A stretch of DNA of 64,000 nucleotides, taken from assembly GCF_009914755.1 (NCBI RefSeq), contig NC_060936.1; one strand, 5' to 3'. Below, in pieces: positions 1 to 11,706 of this stretch. Each line of letters begins with the position of its first letter. Position 1 is the first letter of the stretch. The notes beneath the pieces were generated by a model. That model worked only from the letters and a program-made list of their open reading frames with translations, searched no databases and had not been told where the DNA came from. Both the position numbers and the translations under genes were made by a program. The stretch comes from the human T2T-CHM13v2.0 reference genome, Homo sapiens.

Positions 1-419
1 GCACTCCTCCCGCCCTCTGCCAGTGGCTGGCTAGGTGCTCAGAGATGACAGTCCTAACGGAGAGGCAGGAAGCCTGCGTGTCCCCAGACATCCCTGCGGG
101 GCCTCCCGCCTTTCAGGGCCCTGCTCATGCACACCGGGCAGCTGCACGGGTCCTTTGGACTTCGGCAGCGACTCTCTGGGAGGGAGGAGCAGAGACAGAC
201 CTGGGTGTCCGTGGCCGCCACCGAGCCACCAAGCCTGCAGCGTGCGTGCCTTCATGTGAGGTGTGCTCCCCATGGTTGAAGCTAGTTGTGATGGTGAATT
301 CTGCATCCATAGAGAGGGCCTTGGATGCCCAGGTGGCTGGAAGTATTGCTTCCAGGTGCGTCTGTGCGAGATTTGAGTCTGAATCAGGGGGCTGAGGAAG
401 AAAGGTCTGTCCTCCCCAG

Positions 420-785
420 TGCAGACAGGGATCAGCCCCTTCTCGGAGGCCCGGCTGGAACAGAAAGGCAGAGGAGGGCAGCTTCATGTCCTGTGTGAGC
501 TGAGACCTCCCTCTGCTCCTGCCTGTGGACATCGGGTGGAGCTGCCAGGTCTCGGGCCTTTGGAGTAGAAGTTATGCCGTTTTCCTCAGCGTGACCCTGG
601 CTCTTAGGTCTCTGCACTCAGGCCAAAGGACCCCACCCAGCTTCCCGGGCCTGCAGCTTGCAGACGGCAGATGATGGGGCCTCTTGGTCTGCACAGTCAC
701 GGGAGCCAATCCTCACCCTACATCTCCTCTTGGGTCTCTCTCTATCCGCCGGCTCCTTTCCTCGGGAGAGCCCTGACGCACACAC
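420..785 (+). mobile_element. ERVL MLT2-type LTR relic (3' part)
   Basis: cagcttgcagacggcagatgatgggg...gagccaatcctc...ggagagccctgacgcacaca resembles the MLT2 3' end. Confidence 0.55.
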
Positions 786-2029
786 TAGCTGAGTTTGCTT
801 TTCAACAGGCCTTTCCGTCTGGGGCAGGTCAACACCCCACTCCGCCACACACACAGCTGTACCCGGCACAACACGCGGCCACAGGTCACCTCAGGTCGCC
901 TCGGGTGCTCCTCCCGCAGCCCCACGTAGACAGAAGACATTCCTCGGGCCTGGGTGCCCAGCCTCCCGCGTCCTTCTAGGGAGAAGCCGGATTTCCTGTA
1001 GAACCTGTGTCTTCTCCACCCTCAGCCTCCGGAGGTTCGGAGGCACTCACTGACCCCGCCATGCAGGCGGGCACACGAGGCAGGCGCTCCTAAGGAAAAG
1101 GGGGCGGCCAGCGGCCCCCACCGCTGGGTCACGCTATCCCCTCTGCCAGAACCACTGGGCCACTGGGTCCCGTTAGCGTTCACTCTGTCAGACTTGAGTT
1201 TTCTGTAGCTGAAAATCAAAGATCTCAGCTGCTAACAGGGCTGGCGAGCCTCAAGCTGCTCCTGCAGCGACATCCCCAAGTCCGTGTGGGTACAATGTGC
1301 CAGGGCCGGCCGCCAAGCCCAGGAGCCTCCCCACAGCACATCCACACACGCGCTTGTTTTATTTTTATTTGTTGTTGTTTAAACTCACACTGAGAGGCAC
1401 AGAACGCCCGGGGAGGGTGCTGCGTGCAGAGCCGGGACCTCACTTCCCGGGTTCCGATTCCGCCTCGAGGACACGGGTGCGGCAGACACGGCCCAGAGCC
1501 CTCGAGGGCCACGAGGCACAGACGCCCCCACCTCGGATCTTTCTGGATTCCTGGGGAATCTGTCGTCTCTACAGAAGCTTGAGTTCATATTACTTAACAG
1601 TTTCTTTTAAATCGACTCATCTTTTAAGTTAAATTAATTCGTTTCTTAAATAAGTGATGGATTGGCACCAACAATAGAAAACATGTATCGTTTTACTAGT
1701 AAATATCAGTAAACAGAATGGAAATGGGATGCTGCATTGAGAGTATGGCCAGGTGTGTCTGTTAGCAAAGCCCGTGTGCCTGGATCCGTGGGACACGGTG
1801 GAGGAGGTGGAGGGAAGCTCCCTCGGCATGATCTGATTCTCTCCAACTCCATGTCCCTGGGCCAGCTCAAGGCCTCCGCCCCCACCAGGTGCCCTCGGGG
1901 TTGGAGAATCATCAGCCCACCCTCATCTCAGAGGCGAGGGGAGGTGGGCGGCGCCAGCGGGGGGGTCCTTCTGCTGTGCCGCGTGCCTCCTTCAGTGCCC
2001 ACAGGGCCCCCCGAGGCTGTTGCTCCGGG

Positions 2030-2140
2030 CATCCCCCCTTTACAGATAGGGAAACCAAGGTGCAGGGGTCGTGTGACCGGCCCACAGTCGTGCAGCTGAG
2101 GAGGGAGGAGCTGGGTTTGAACCCAGGCGGTCGACGCCAC
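2030..2140 (+). mobile_element. MIR fragment
   Basis: tttacagatagggaaaccaagg...ctgggtttgaacccagg matches the MIR core. Confidence 0.6.
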
Positions 2141-2318
2141 AGTCAGTGAGGCAGGTGCCCAGGGTGGACTCTCGCTCCAGGGGCCTCCTGGCGTCCCAGC
2201 GGGGAGGAGGGTGCCTGGCAGTGGGTGGAGCCAAACGCTGCTCAACATCCACAACCCACCCAGGGGGCGGCCCCGCCAGGAAGAACTGCCCCACCTGTGT
2301 CAGCCCTGACTGAGGGTG

Positions 2319-2433
2319 CCTGTGGGTCCGGAGTCGAGGCCCCTGTTGGTCCAGAGTCGAGGCCCCTGTGGGTCCGGAGTCGAGGCCCCTGTCGGTCCGG
2401 AGTCGAGGCCCCTGTGGGTCCAGAATCAAGGCC
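2319..2433. repeat. 23-bp minisatellite, ~5 copies (cctgtgggtccggagtcgaggcc)
   Basis: Direct tandem copies visible. Confidence 0.9.
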
Positions 2434-2921
2434 ATGGTACACCAGCTGCTCCGGAGACCTTGGTTTCCCGTCTGCTAATGAGTCGCCCGTCTCATCTGGG
2501 TCCTGGCAGATCCGAGTGAAACTGAAAATGTGCTTCAAGCAGCTAGTGAGACGGGCACCACCAGAGATGGGACCTCAGTGCCCCCACAAAACAGGCACCC
2601 ACAGTGTCACATCCCTCGTCAAGAACCTTCTGGCATGGTCCGGAGCCTGGGAGTGCAGCCAGCACCCTTCCGGGGCCAACAGGCTGTCCTGGCAGCCCCC
2701 TGCCCTAGCACCTCACCATCTCCCTCACTCACTTCGCCCTGACCACCCCAACCCCAGGGCCCACTGTGGCCTCTGCACCTGCCACCGACACCCAGCACTT
2801 CCCCCGGATTCTCTCCTGGCAGCTCCTTCTCCTCATTCACAATTCAGAGAGTGGCTCCCTCCCCACCCACCTGTGTGTGTCCCAGGTCACTGCAGTGGCA
2901 CCGAGTGGGGAGGCTCCACCC

Positions 2922-2998
2922 CACACACCTGTCCCCTCACACACCTGTCCCCTCACACAGGAGCCCACACACCTGTCCCCTCACACACCTGTCCCCTC
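2922..2998. repeat. 16-bp tandem repeat (cacacacctgtcccct) x4 with a short interruption
   Basis: Direct tandem copies visible. Confidence 0.8.
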
Positions 2999-3335
2999 AT
3001 ACAGGAGGCCGGGAGTTGGATGTCAGGCGCGCAGGGCCACACTCCCTCTGAAGGCAGTGGGTAAGACACATCCTGCCTCTCCCCAGCCCCCGCCTCGGCC
3101 CCCTGCACCACCCCAGCCCCCGCCTCGGCCCCCAAGGGGCGTCCTCCCCTCCAAACCCCCACTGTCTCTCCTCGTCTTAGAAGGGCCACAGTCATTGGAT
3201 TTAGGGCCCACTAATCCCCAGTCCTGGCTGAGGGCATCTTATCTAATTACTTCTGCAAAGACCCTGTTTCTAAATAAGCCACATTCCGAGGTTCCAGGTG
3301 GACGTGAGCTTCCGGGCGGGCCCCGTTCAACCCGT
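2998..3335 (-). mobile_element. MaLR MLT1-type LTR relic
   Basis: gccacactccctctgaagg; cagtcattggatttagggcccac; taattacttctgcaaagaccctgtttctaaataagccacattccgaggttccagg, typical of MLT1. Confidence 0.65.
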
Positions 3336-6300
3336 AACCATCCCCGCCACCCAGATACCCATTCGTCCACGTCACTCAGGCCTCCTCGTAGGTTTGTCTG
3401 AGACCATCTGGACCATGCAACTTACTCACTCCCCGTCTTCCTCCCTGGGATGTCAGCCCCTGAGGTGGGGACATCTCTGCTCAGGCCCGCGTCCTCAGCG
3501 CAGTTCAGGAATGCAGCAGGTGCTCACGAATTCGCCAGGAAGGAACGGACATGCGGCACATGAGGTGGTGCCGTTGCTCACTGAGACAGGCCCTCAGCTC
3601 ATAGGGGCTGGGCCCGCAAATGCCAGTTCGAGCACAGCAAGCACCCAGCATCCCCGTCCGTGACTCAGTTGCCCCACAGAAGGCTCCGGGAGGGGTGAGT
3701 GTTTGCACAGGGAATGGGGGCGTCTGCCCAACCCCAGCTCCTGTCACCCCTTCACAGTTTGCCCCCTCCTACTTCCAGAACGTAGGAAGCACCATGGCGT
3801 CCCCAGGCATGGGAGGGGGGTTTGCAGGCTCTGCGAGGATGGAGGTGGGAGCAGGCCTGGGCGGCTTCCTGGGAGGGCCTGGTGAGCCCAGGGGACCGGG
3901 CGCAGAGCCCAGGGCCGAGCTGCTTCCGTGCTACGAGATGATACAACCCTTGGCACCTTTTAAACGACTGGAAAATGAGTTTCTCCTTCCTGTGAATGGC
4001 AGCTAGAGGGGGGACTGTCAGACTTAGGCTGACACCAGTCCGCTTGCTGAGTGGCGGGGCGGCCATCGCTCTCCTGGCCGTCCCGTACGGGAAAGCCCAG
4101 GCCACAGGGGCACTTCCTCGGGCTCGAGAGCCGTGCGTCAGCCTTGCCCCCTCCTCCAGCGCCTCCCGGCTTCTCCACCTCCTTGTCCCTTCACAGGCAT
4201 CTGTGCTTGCTCAAGAGAAAATGGGCTGCTGACCACACGGGTCTCAAGACATGGATCCCATCCTGCCCGTTTGTCCTCAGTGGGAGATCTGACATGGAAA
4301 TTTACAGACTTATTTTTGTCAAGTTTCCAGCCAATGAAGGATAAACTGTCCTTTCAGAAAATAGTTCCAAGACTCTGAAATATGCAGGTTGCTGTGCTGA
4401 ATTGTAAATGCAAACACTCAGCCCAGCACACGCCGACGCTGGGGATCACCGCCTGCCTGGGTCGTTCCTAGAAGCTCGGGCTGCTGCGTTTGCAGACAGA
4501 AGGCTGCCGACCGGGCCTGCTCTACGCAGGTCTGCTCCGCCCCAAGGGAAGTGGCTGACAAGTGTTTAGGAACTCATCTCCCCCAAGACTCAAAGGGGCA
4601 GGTCTGCACAGAGGCCACCCTCCGGGTTAAGGGAACGGGCTGAGTGGCTCTGAGTGGTCAGATGGGGTCAAAATCCCCAGCGAATCTGGGGGCAGCGATG
4701 GGGAGGACAGCTGTGTGTGAGTGCAGGCAAGGAAGAGAACGCACAACCAAAATGTCGTTCATCTCAGCCAGGAAATGCCAGGCTCCTCCGAGTGCCGGGA
4801 GCCCCAGCGGACGTCAGAAAACCGGAGAGGCAATCCCCGTCCAGTAGCCACGAACCAGCCTCATCGTCGGAGTCAGAGTGGGGGCTCTGGCCGTGGGTAG
4901 TAACTATTTTTTCAGTTTTTGTAGTAAATCCACAATCATGGGGAAGCTGTGAACCTCGGCCGGGGCGGGGGCCCGGAAGTTAATGATCCGGGTGGAAAGA
5001 CGGTCAACGCTGCTGCCACTGTGGAAGCGAGACCTGCCGGGGCCGGGACTGAAGCCTCCAGGGCGCTGCAGCTGTCTTCCCGGCCACGGCCACTCCGGCT
5101 GTTTGGATCAGCAACGTGGGACGTTGTAATACACGGAGGGAATTCAGGGGAGGGTAGAGACGATGAACTCAAGCTGGAAAGGCCGCCTGAACCAGCAGGA
5201 GCCATTTGGGAAATAAAACTCACAAATGAATAGGAAAAGCTTTCTGCTGGAAACCGCACTTCCTAGCAAGGAGAATTTCTCAAAGCGTTTCCAAAATGGA
5301 AACGCTTACGCAGAGCAGAGCAGACGCTTGGAAAGCCCTTTTTAGAAACCCACACCTGACACCCTCCGGAGCTCTCGAGGGAGAGTGTGCCGGAGCCGGC
5401 AGAGTGGGGGCCGCAGGACATTCCGAGACGCACGCGTGGCGGCAGCCAGGCATTGCCCGGGCCGAGCCTGTGCGCCTCCAGCCGCGCCTTCCGCACGACC
5501 CCGCGCGCTCCGACGGCGCTGTCTGTGAGCTCCTACCTGGCCCTCACTCATCACGCGGGACTGACGGGGCACGTGCTTTGTGCCGCGCGTGCAAGAGACG
5601 CTGTCCTCTTACGGCTGACCTGCCGGGGCCGCGTCCGAGACCCCGGACCAGCGGCTATGGATGGGACTAAGGCAGTGTGGGCCGACTGCCTGTCACTTGT
5701 GGCAGCGGGGGGTCTTTGGACTGGCTCCCCAAGTTCACGCTCTCAGCTGTGCAGTCTGCCTGCTGCTGAAGCAGATGCCATGGCCCCGGCTCTTGTCAGG
5801 GAGACACCCTCCCATCTAGACCGCCGCCCTCTGCAGCCGGGTGCAAGGCAAGTGTTGGGTGGCCTGGCATTCTCCCCCCACCGCCCCTTTCTCACCCCCC
5901 AGCCTCTCCATTCTGGTTCAGCCAGGTCTTCACTGGTGGTCACTCATGGTGCCCGGACTCCTGGCAGTGTTTTGCGTCCGGATTAAAGGTCTGGGACCCC
6001 ACTGTGGCGAAGGCAGCCTGGGGAGATACGCCCCTTGGCAACCTGACCACCCCTTCCCCAAGCCCTCCAGCCCCACAGGAACGTCCCCTCAGCTGCTGCT
6101 CTGAACACACACTGGGGCTTCCCAAAGCAGGGGCTGCGTCCCGGTGGGCCCAGCTTGCAGACATGGCTGTGGGCCATGCACGGGCACAGCTTTATGAGAT
6201 GCCACCCCACTTCAGACCTTGCTCTCCCAAGTTCTTCCGGCGTCGTGCTCATGTGGCCCCGGCTCAGGCCTCCCTGGGGGACAGGGCAGGCCTTGGTGGG

Positions 6301-9300
6301 GTGACGCCTGCTGGAGTCTCCAGGCTGTTCCCACGGCACTCAGTCACCTTCTACTCACGGGTGCGCTGGAGACACACAAGTGTCTCTTAAGTTCATTTAA
6401 ACAAAACAATGAATTGTTTGGAGAAAAACCCTCTCGCTTGCTCACTGGACAGATATTCGTGGAGTGCTATGTTCACAGTACCGCCAGAGGCCTTGGGCAT
6501 CAGAGCCAGGACCAGACAGACACAGCCTCGCCCTCAGTGGACACGAGCGAGGTGTCACACAGTCATGGGGGGATGCATGAGGCACGTGGGAATTCCTGAG
6601 GCTGGAGGAAGCCTGAGTCCATGTCCCCAGAGGGGGGGCCGTGGGCAGGATGAGCGTGCAATGAACGTGCACCACACTCCAACCTTCTCTGACCAGCAAC
6701 TGGCTGGCCACAGTGGGGCCTTCTGCTTTTTTAATGTAAACTTTTAGTAACTACAGAAACCTAGGTCCCTCTGAAACCAGCGCCACCTCGCTGGACCTCT
6801 CTGGGCCCCGTGGCCCACCCCGCTCCAGGCTCTCAGCTTTCCTGCTGCTCAGGCCCAGACCTCTCAGACCTGGGACCTGGGCTAGGGCAGGTCAGTGAGA
6901 GGGAATTCACACATGTGCTCTGAATTTTAGAAACAACCTCCCTCACAACCAACCAACAAAAGGAAAACTTCCCATCGCCATCCCTGGCTCCATCCTCCAT
7001 TCAGAGCCTTTCTTCCTGAGGGGCAGGAGGGCCAGGACCGCGCCAGGCAGGGGTGATTCTCCTCTCCCAGCAGAGTGAGTCCAGCCGCTGCGACGCGGGC
7101 GACCGTGCTCCCTGGCGGTGACCTTCACTCGCTCCACGCCCACAGCAACAAACAGCCTGGCATGCCTTAGCGCTGCCCAGGCCTCGCATGGACACAGGGG
7201 TAGGCCCTGCAAGCGCCTAGAGAAAGTGGGGGCTCTTTGTCTCTCTCTCCCCTTCCCATCTCAAGGGGCTTGAAAATTTTCTTAAAGGCAGAAGGGTTTG
7301 AATGCCCAGACAACTGAATGGAGACAGTTCTTCCCCTTCTTTTCCTTGAGTTTAGAGGCTCTGAAATTTAGCGTTTATGAGACTTACTGTGTCTGCTGCG
7401 CACAAAACCATGGATGCTGTCTTTTATGTGCAACTGAAGATATTCAGAAGGGTGGTTTTTGTGTATAAACATTTTTTCCTTGCCTTGAGCGCTGAACTTA
7501 GAAGCAAACCTTGATGTACACATAGGAGTGACTACACAGAGCTTCCTTAATGAACATCCCTCTGGGGCCTTATGAATTTGAATCTGCACACATTCCTTAG
7601 GAGTTCTTTGCCAAGGTCAATGGATATCCCAAAGAAAGGCCACTGGACCAGCGGAGGCAGGGTGTGGGAAGAACTTTGGATTCTGGGCCCCTCCCCACCC
7701 CAGTGGCCCTCCCGCTCCTCCAGCTCCCATGAAGACGTGGACTTCCTTCCACCAGGCCCCTCCCAGCCAGCAGAGGAATTCCAGGAAGCAATCAAGGCAG
7801 GGAAAAGGGATCAATCCATTTTGTTTCGGATTTCCCCCTCTCCTTTCTGAACTCGGATGGATTAGTATCGAGTGGGAGCTCCCAGGAATCAATTTTGCAT
7901 CCTGGGATGTCACATTCTGGAACAGGCTGTGATCTAAGAGCTGGCCGCCTCCTCCAGGGAGCTTCTTACACACCTTTTAGCACTGAGAGCCTGTGCCAAC
8001 ATCAGAGCGGGTAATGCTGTTTCAAAGGGCCTCATGGCGACAGACATCAGGCCTCTACGGCACCGCCCTCCCCGTAGGGCCCCACCGGGGGTGAGAGTAA
8101 TTTTGGTGTCTCCCATCATTTCCTGGGGCAAAGATTGACTGACTCTTGGGTTTAGACACTGTGCCTGGCCTGCTGGTCACAGAGAGGAACGCAGCACAGC
8201 CTCATCACAGAGGGGGACGAAACTCGGCCTCATCAAAAGGTTGAGGGCAAAGACAGAGGCAGACAGATGGCAGGGGCCGTTCGGAGAAAGGCTGACAAGG
8301 GAGGACAGCTAGGATGAAGGAAAGAAGGAGAAACAATTTTAAAAGAAAGAAAGGAGGAAGGGGGAGGGAAGCGAAGAGGAAGAAGGGAGGGGACAGAGGA
8401 CAGGAGGAAGCGGGATGGGAGAAGGCAGTGGGGGCGGTGGGCGGTGGGGGGAGACACACTTTCCCGGAATGCTTCCTTATCTCCCGCCAATGTCAGCAAA
8501 GCGGATCATGGGTCCTGGCTTTTTCCACCACCAAGAATCCCAGCCGATTCTCACCTTGAAGGGTGAGGCAGGGAAAACGACTCACAGGGCCGAGCTGCCC
8601 TCGTGGTGTTACACAACCTCAGTGTGCTGCCAATGTTTTTATGTAATCCTCTGGCTCTCCCCATAAAACAGACCATAACACCATGGCGAGCACACTTCAA
8701 TAGAGCCATGTGCTATTGCCGGGCACACCGCCTTCCGGGAGATGAATTGCTCTGCCGGGCGGCTGGGCGGCTGCTTGAACTACTTTTCTCCCCTCGTGGC
8801 TCCAGCTGAATCAGAAAGATCAGAGAAGCCACAGAGCTCACCAAGCACAGCTCTGCGGGAAAGTCAGGGATTCTGTGGGTGATGGGAAGGCGCTCAGGAA
8901 GTCAGGGTGCTCTGAGTCAGACAAAGCTGGGACAACCCCTCCTCATGGGGATTCACCTCCCCCTCCCACCCCACGGCCTGTCTGCAGCCCACCCTCAAGA
9001 GAGGGTGTGGCTCCTGAAGGAAACGCAAGACCACCCCCCGCCTTTGCCCCCACACACAGCAGGCACATCCGGAGCCCCCGCCTGCCCGCGTAACCCCAGC
9101 TCCCGTCACCTCCCACTCGAGCCTGTTACGGATGCTTTCTGGAGGAGGTTTGCTGGGGCTGCCAAGGCAGAAGCCTGAATCATCGGCACGGAACGGAAAG
9201 CCACACCAGCTAGTGATGTAGGCACATGCAAACTTTCTCCTTCCTGGCGCCCCGGTGCAGAGTGGCCTTGGGGGCGGCTGCTCCTCCGGGAAGGTGGAGC

Positions 9301-10115
9301 AGCTGGAAAAGTGCTTGCTCTCAGCAGCTGTGGCCGCTGGCCCTGACCTGTGGTGATGCCGGTGCTGCTCCTCGGGCTGACCTACGTCCGCTCGTGATGA
9401 AACAGACCCACCGGGAGCTGGAGGCTTTCATGGATTCTGGGGCTCCCAGGTGCCACAACTTGGGCCCCCCTGGGTAATGAGTCCTGCCAAGCCCTGCATG
9501 ATCCTCAACTCCATCCTCCCAGGAGTCTCAGGTCTCAGCTTCAAGCTTCTCCCATAACAACTTTCTAACGCGGCCTCGGGCACCCCCAGGACAGGGGGCC
9601 GCCTAGCCCAGTGGTCGAAGCATTTGGGGTGCCTTCGAACCTCAGGGGCAAAGGACACTGCACCAGCAGCCTCCCAAGTGTGGCGTCCCCACCCTCCTCT
9701 TTCCCCACCTTCAAGAGTGGAGGGGTCGGCGCAGCCTAAACCTGACGGCCCCCACTCCTGGAGCGCCAAGCCAGCCCCCCACCCCACACTCCTGGACCTA
9801 GGCACTGCCTGCTTCTAGAGCAGCTCCAAAGATCCTCTGCAGAAGTTCCCTCGGAGAGCAAGTTTGCGTCATTGTGGGGGCAGGGGGATTCCTCAAGTCT
9901 CCACTGGAGGGGTGGGTGCCCGGTGCGGGGGGAACCCAGGTTGCTGCCCGCTGCTGAAGGGGCTTCCGCGGCCCTTCCCTCTCCTCTCTCCTGTATATTC
10001 CCTCCCACAGGGGCGCAGAGGGGCGCGCACCCGAGGCCGGCCTGACCCATCGCGCCCGGGGTGGCCACTGTCCCGGGCAGGGCTGCCCCCACTCCGCCCC
10101 GGCGCCCCCGCTCAC

Positions 10116-10353
10116 CGTTGAGCTGGTTGTAGACCACCTCCTCCAGGTGGTCCAGGCGCTGCAGGATGGCCTCACGGTCCCCCAGCGTGCCCACCTTGGC
10201 GTGTCGGCTGCGCACCCGGCGGTCGCCGCTCACGATGCGCACGAGCTCCTGGGAGCGGCCCTGCAGGCGGCAGTACACGGAGAACAGGACGATGCCCACG
10301 AACACCAGGATGTTCACCGTCAGCAAAGTTCGGATCTTCCTGGCCACCGCCAT
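10116..10353 (-). CDS. GALNT9: Polypeptide N-acetylgalactosaminyltransferase 9, coding exon 1 (cytoplasmic tail, type II signal-anchor, start of stem); 238 nt, phase-1 intron follows
   Basis: Translates to MAVARKIRTLLTVNILVFVGIVLFSVYCRLQGRSQELVRIVSGDRRVRSRHAKVGTLGDREAILQRLDHLEEVVYNQLN(G): short basic N-terminus plus a hydrophobic TM segment, recognised as GALNT9. It ends at the canonical donor AACG|GTGAG (plus-strand ctcac, 10111-10115) and lies in a CpG island. Confidence 0.95.
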
Positions 10354-10375
10354 GAACACGGCTGCAGCGGGGGCC

Positions 10376-10441
10376 TCACCCGCGGGGCATCCCCAGCATC
10401 CCCGCCCGGGCCTGGGCTTCAGCTTCGGCTTCGGGGACCAT
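10376..10441 (-). other. Upstream ORF in the GALNT9 leader (MVPEAEAEAQARAGMLGMPRG*, 21 aa)
   Basis: ATG at 10441 with in-frame ATGs at 10399 and 10390; TGA ends at 10376; out of frame with the main ATG at 10353. Confidence 0.6.
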
Positions 10442-11559
10442 GAGCCGCCCGGGGCTGCGGGGGCTGCGGGGCTCGGCCGGAGCTGTCCCTTCAGCACCAG
10501 CTCAGCGCGCCGGGCCACGGCCGCCGGGGGTCCCCCAGAGCGCAGAGGGCTGCCCGGGGCTGGGGTCGCGGGGCGCGGCCGGCATCCCCCGCTCAGAGGG
10601 CGCGGCCCCGCCCCGGGGAGCGGTGAGGGGGGCCGGGGGCGCCGGGGGGCGGCGGGGAAGGCGCGGGCGGGCGGCGCTCGGTGTCTGTGCCGGCTCCTGT
10701 CCTGCCCGCCCCGCAGCCACCGCGCCGGTGCAGAGTGACGCGGCCTCAGCTCAGCTCATCTGCAACCGCGGCCCCAGGACCGCCCCGCCCCGCCTCCCCC
10801 ACCCCTCAAGGCCGCCCCCCGGGACCGCCCCGCGCGCCTGCCCCGCCCCCCCCACCGCGCCCCCCCGGGGACCCCAGGACAGCAGGTCCGGGGGGCGGGG
10901 GACGGGGGGCGGGGCGCGCGGGGTAGCCTGGGCCAAGGGCGCGCGGGCGCGGGGAGCGGGGGCGGGGCAGGCGCGGACCCTCCCTCCCCAGGACCCGCCA
11001 GACGCCCGGGGCCCCCAACGGCCAGCACGGTCCGAATCGACCCCAAGCTTGACCCGAGGGCAGCGGGGCCTCCGGGAATGCCTGGCCAGGGCGGTGTCGC
11101 CGGGAGTGAATGGGGGAGGGGGCGGCCGGGGCAGGACCCGGGTCAGGGCCACTCTGGTAGTCTCCTGCCCACCCCTCCCCAAGCCGAGCTCCCGGCCTCC
11201 CTCCCTCTCCCCCGTCCAGGGCTGAGGACTGGGGAAGCTGAGTCCCGGGACGGGTATGGGGGGGTTGGGGCTTGGGATGCAGCCGGACCTCCGGGAACAG
11301 CAGGGGGCCCTGGAGCCACCAGGAGGGAGAAGGCCCCGTCCCTGAGCCAGGCTCGCAGGTAAGACCCGAGGCCGCAAACCCCGGCTGCCCCCACCCCCAG
11401 CCCAGGCTCTGATCTGGCCCCACACTGGCGTTTTGTGGAGGAGACCCTGGAAGCCAGGGGAGATGTCAGCCAAGCCGCGCAGCACAGGGGCCCAACTTCC
11501 ACTGGCAGAATGCAAGCACCCAAGAGGCAGGAGTTTCACCCAAAGGCAGGGTTCACCCC

Positions 11560-11630
11560 TGTGTTCCCAGAGATTGGACACATAGCTGGTGTTCAGTAAA
11601 CATTTGCGGGATGAGTGAATAAATGACGGA
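11560..11630 (+). mobile_element. L2 3'-end fragment
   Basis: acatagctggtgttcagtaaacatttgcgggatgagtgaataaatga resembles the L2 tail. Confidence 0.5.
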
Positions 11631-11706
11631 GCATTTATTAAGAGCATGGCTGTGCTTGGCTCTCCATACAGAGATGAGTAAGGCAAGGGGCTTCACAGCT
11701 CTTGGC

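Larger units (their letters stand above)
1..10115 (-). other. GALNT9: GALNT9 intron 1 (5' part; continues beyond the window)
   Basis: Begins at the GT donor after exon 1. No GalNAc-T-like peptide is recognisable in any frame of 1-10115. Confidence 0.85.
9900..11150. promoter_or_regulatory. GALNT9: CpG island / TATA-less GC-box promoter and 5' UTR of GALNT9
   Basis: Very high GC and CpG density with multiple GGGGCGGGG Sp/KLF boxes (10780-10970). An Inr-like TCACTCT on the minus strand near 10732-10738 is a plausible TSS (inferred). Confidence 0.85.

Noticed and set aside
9736-10518. 260-aa ORF as a full protein
   Set aside because: Only 10116-10353 is GALNT9. The ORF starts at an upstream GTG in the UTR and reads through the splice donor into the intron.
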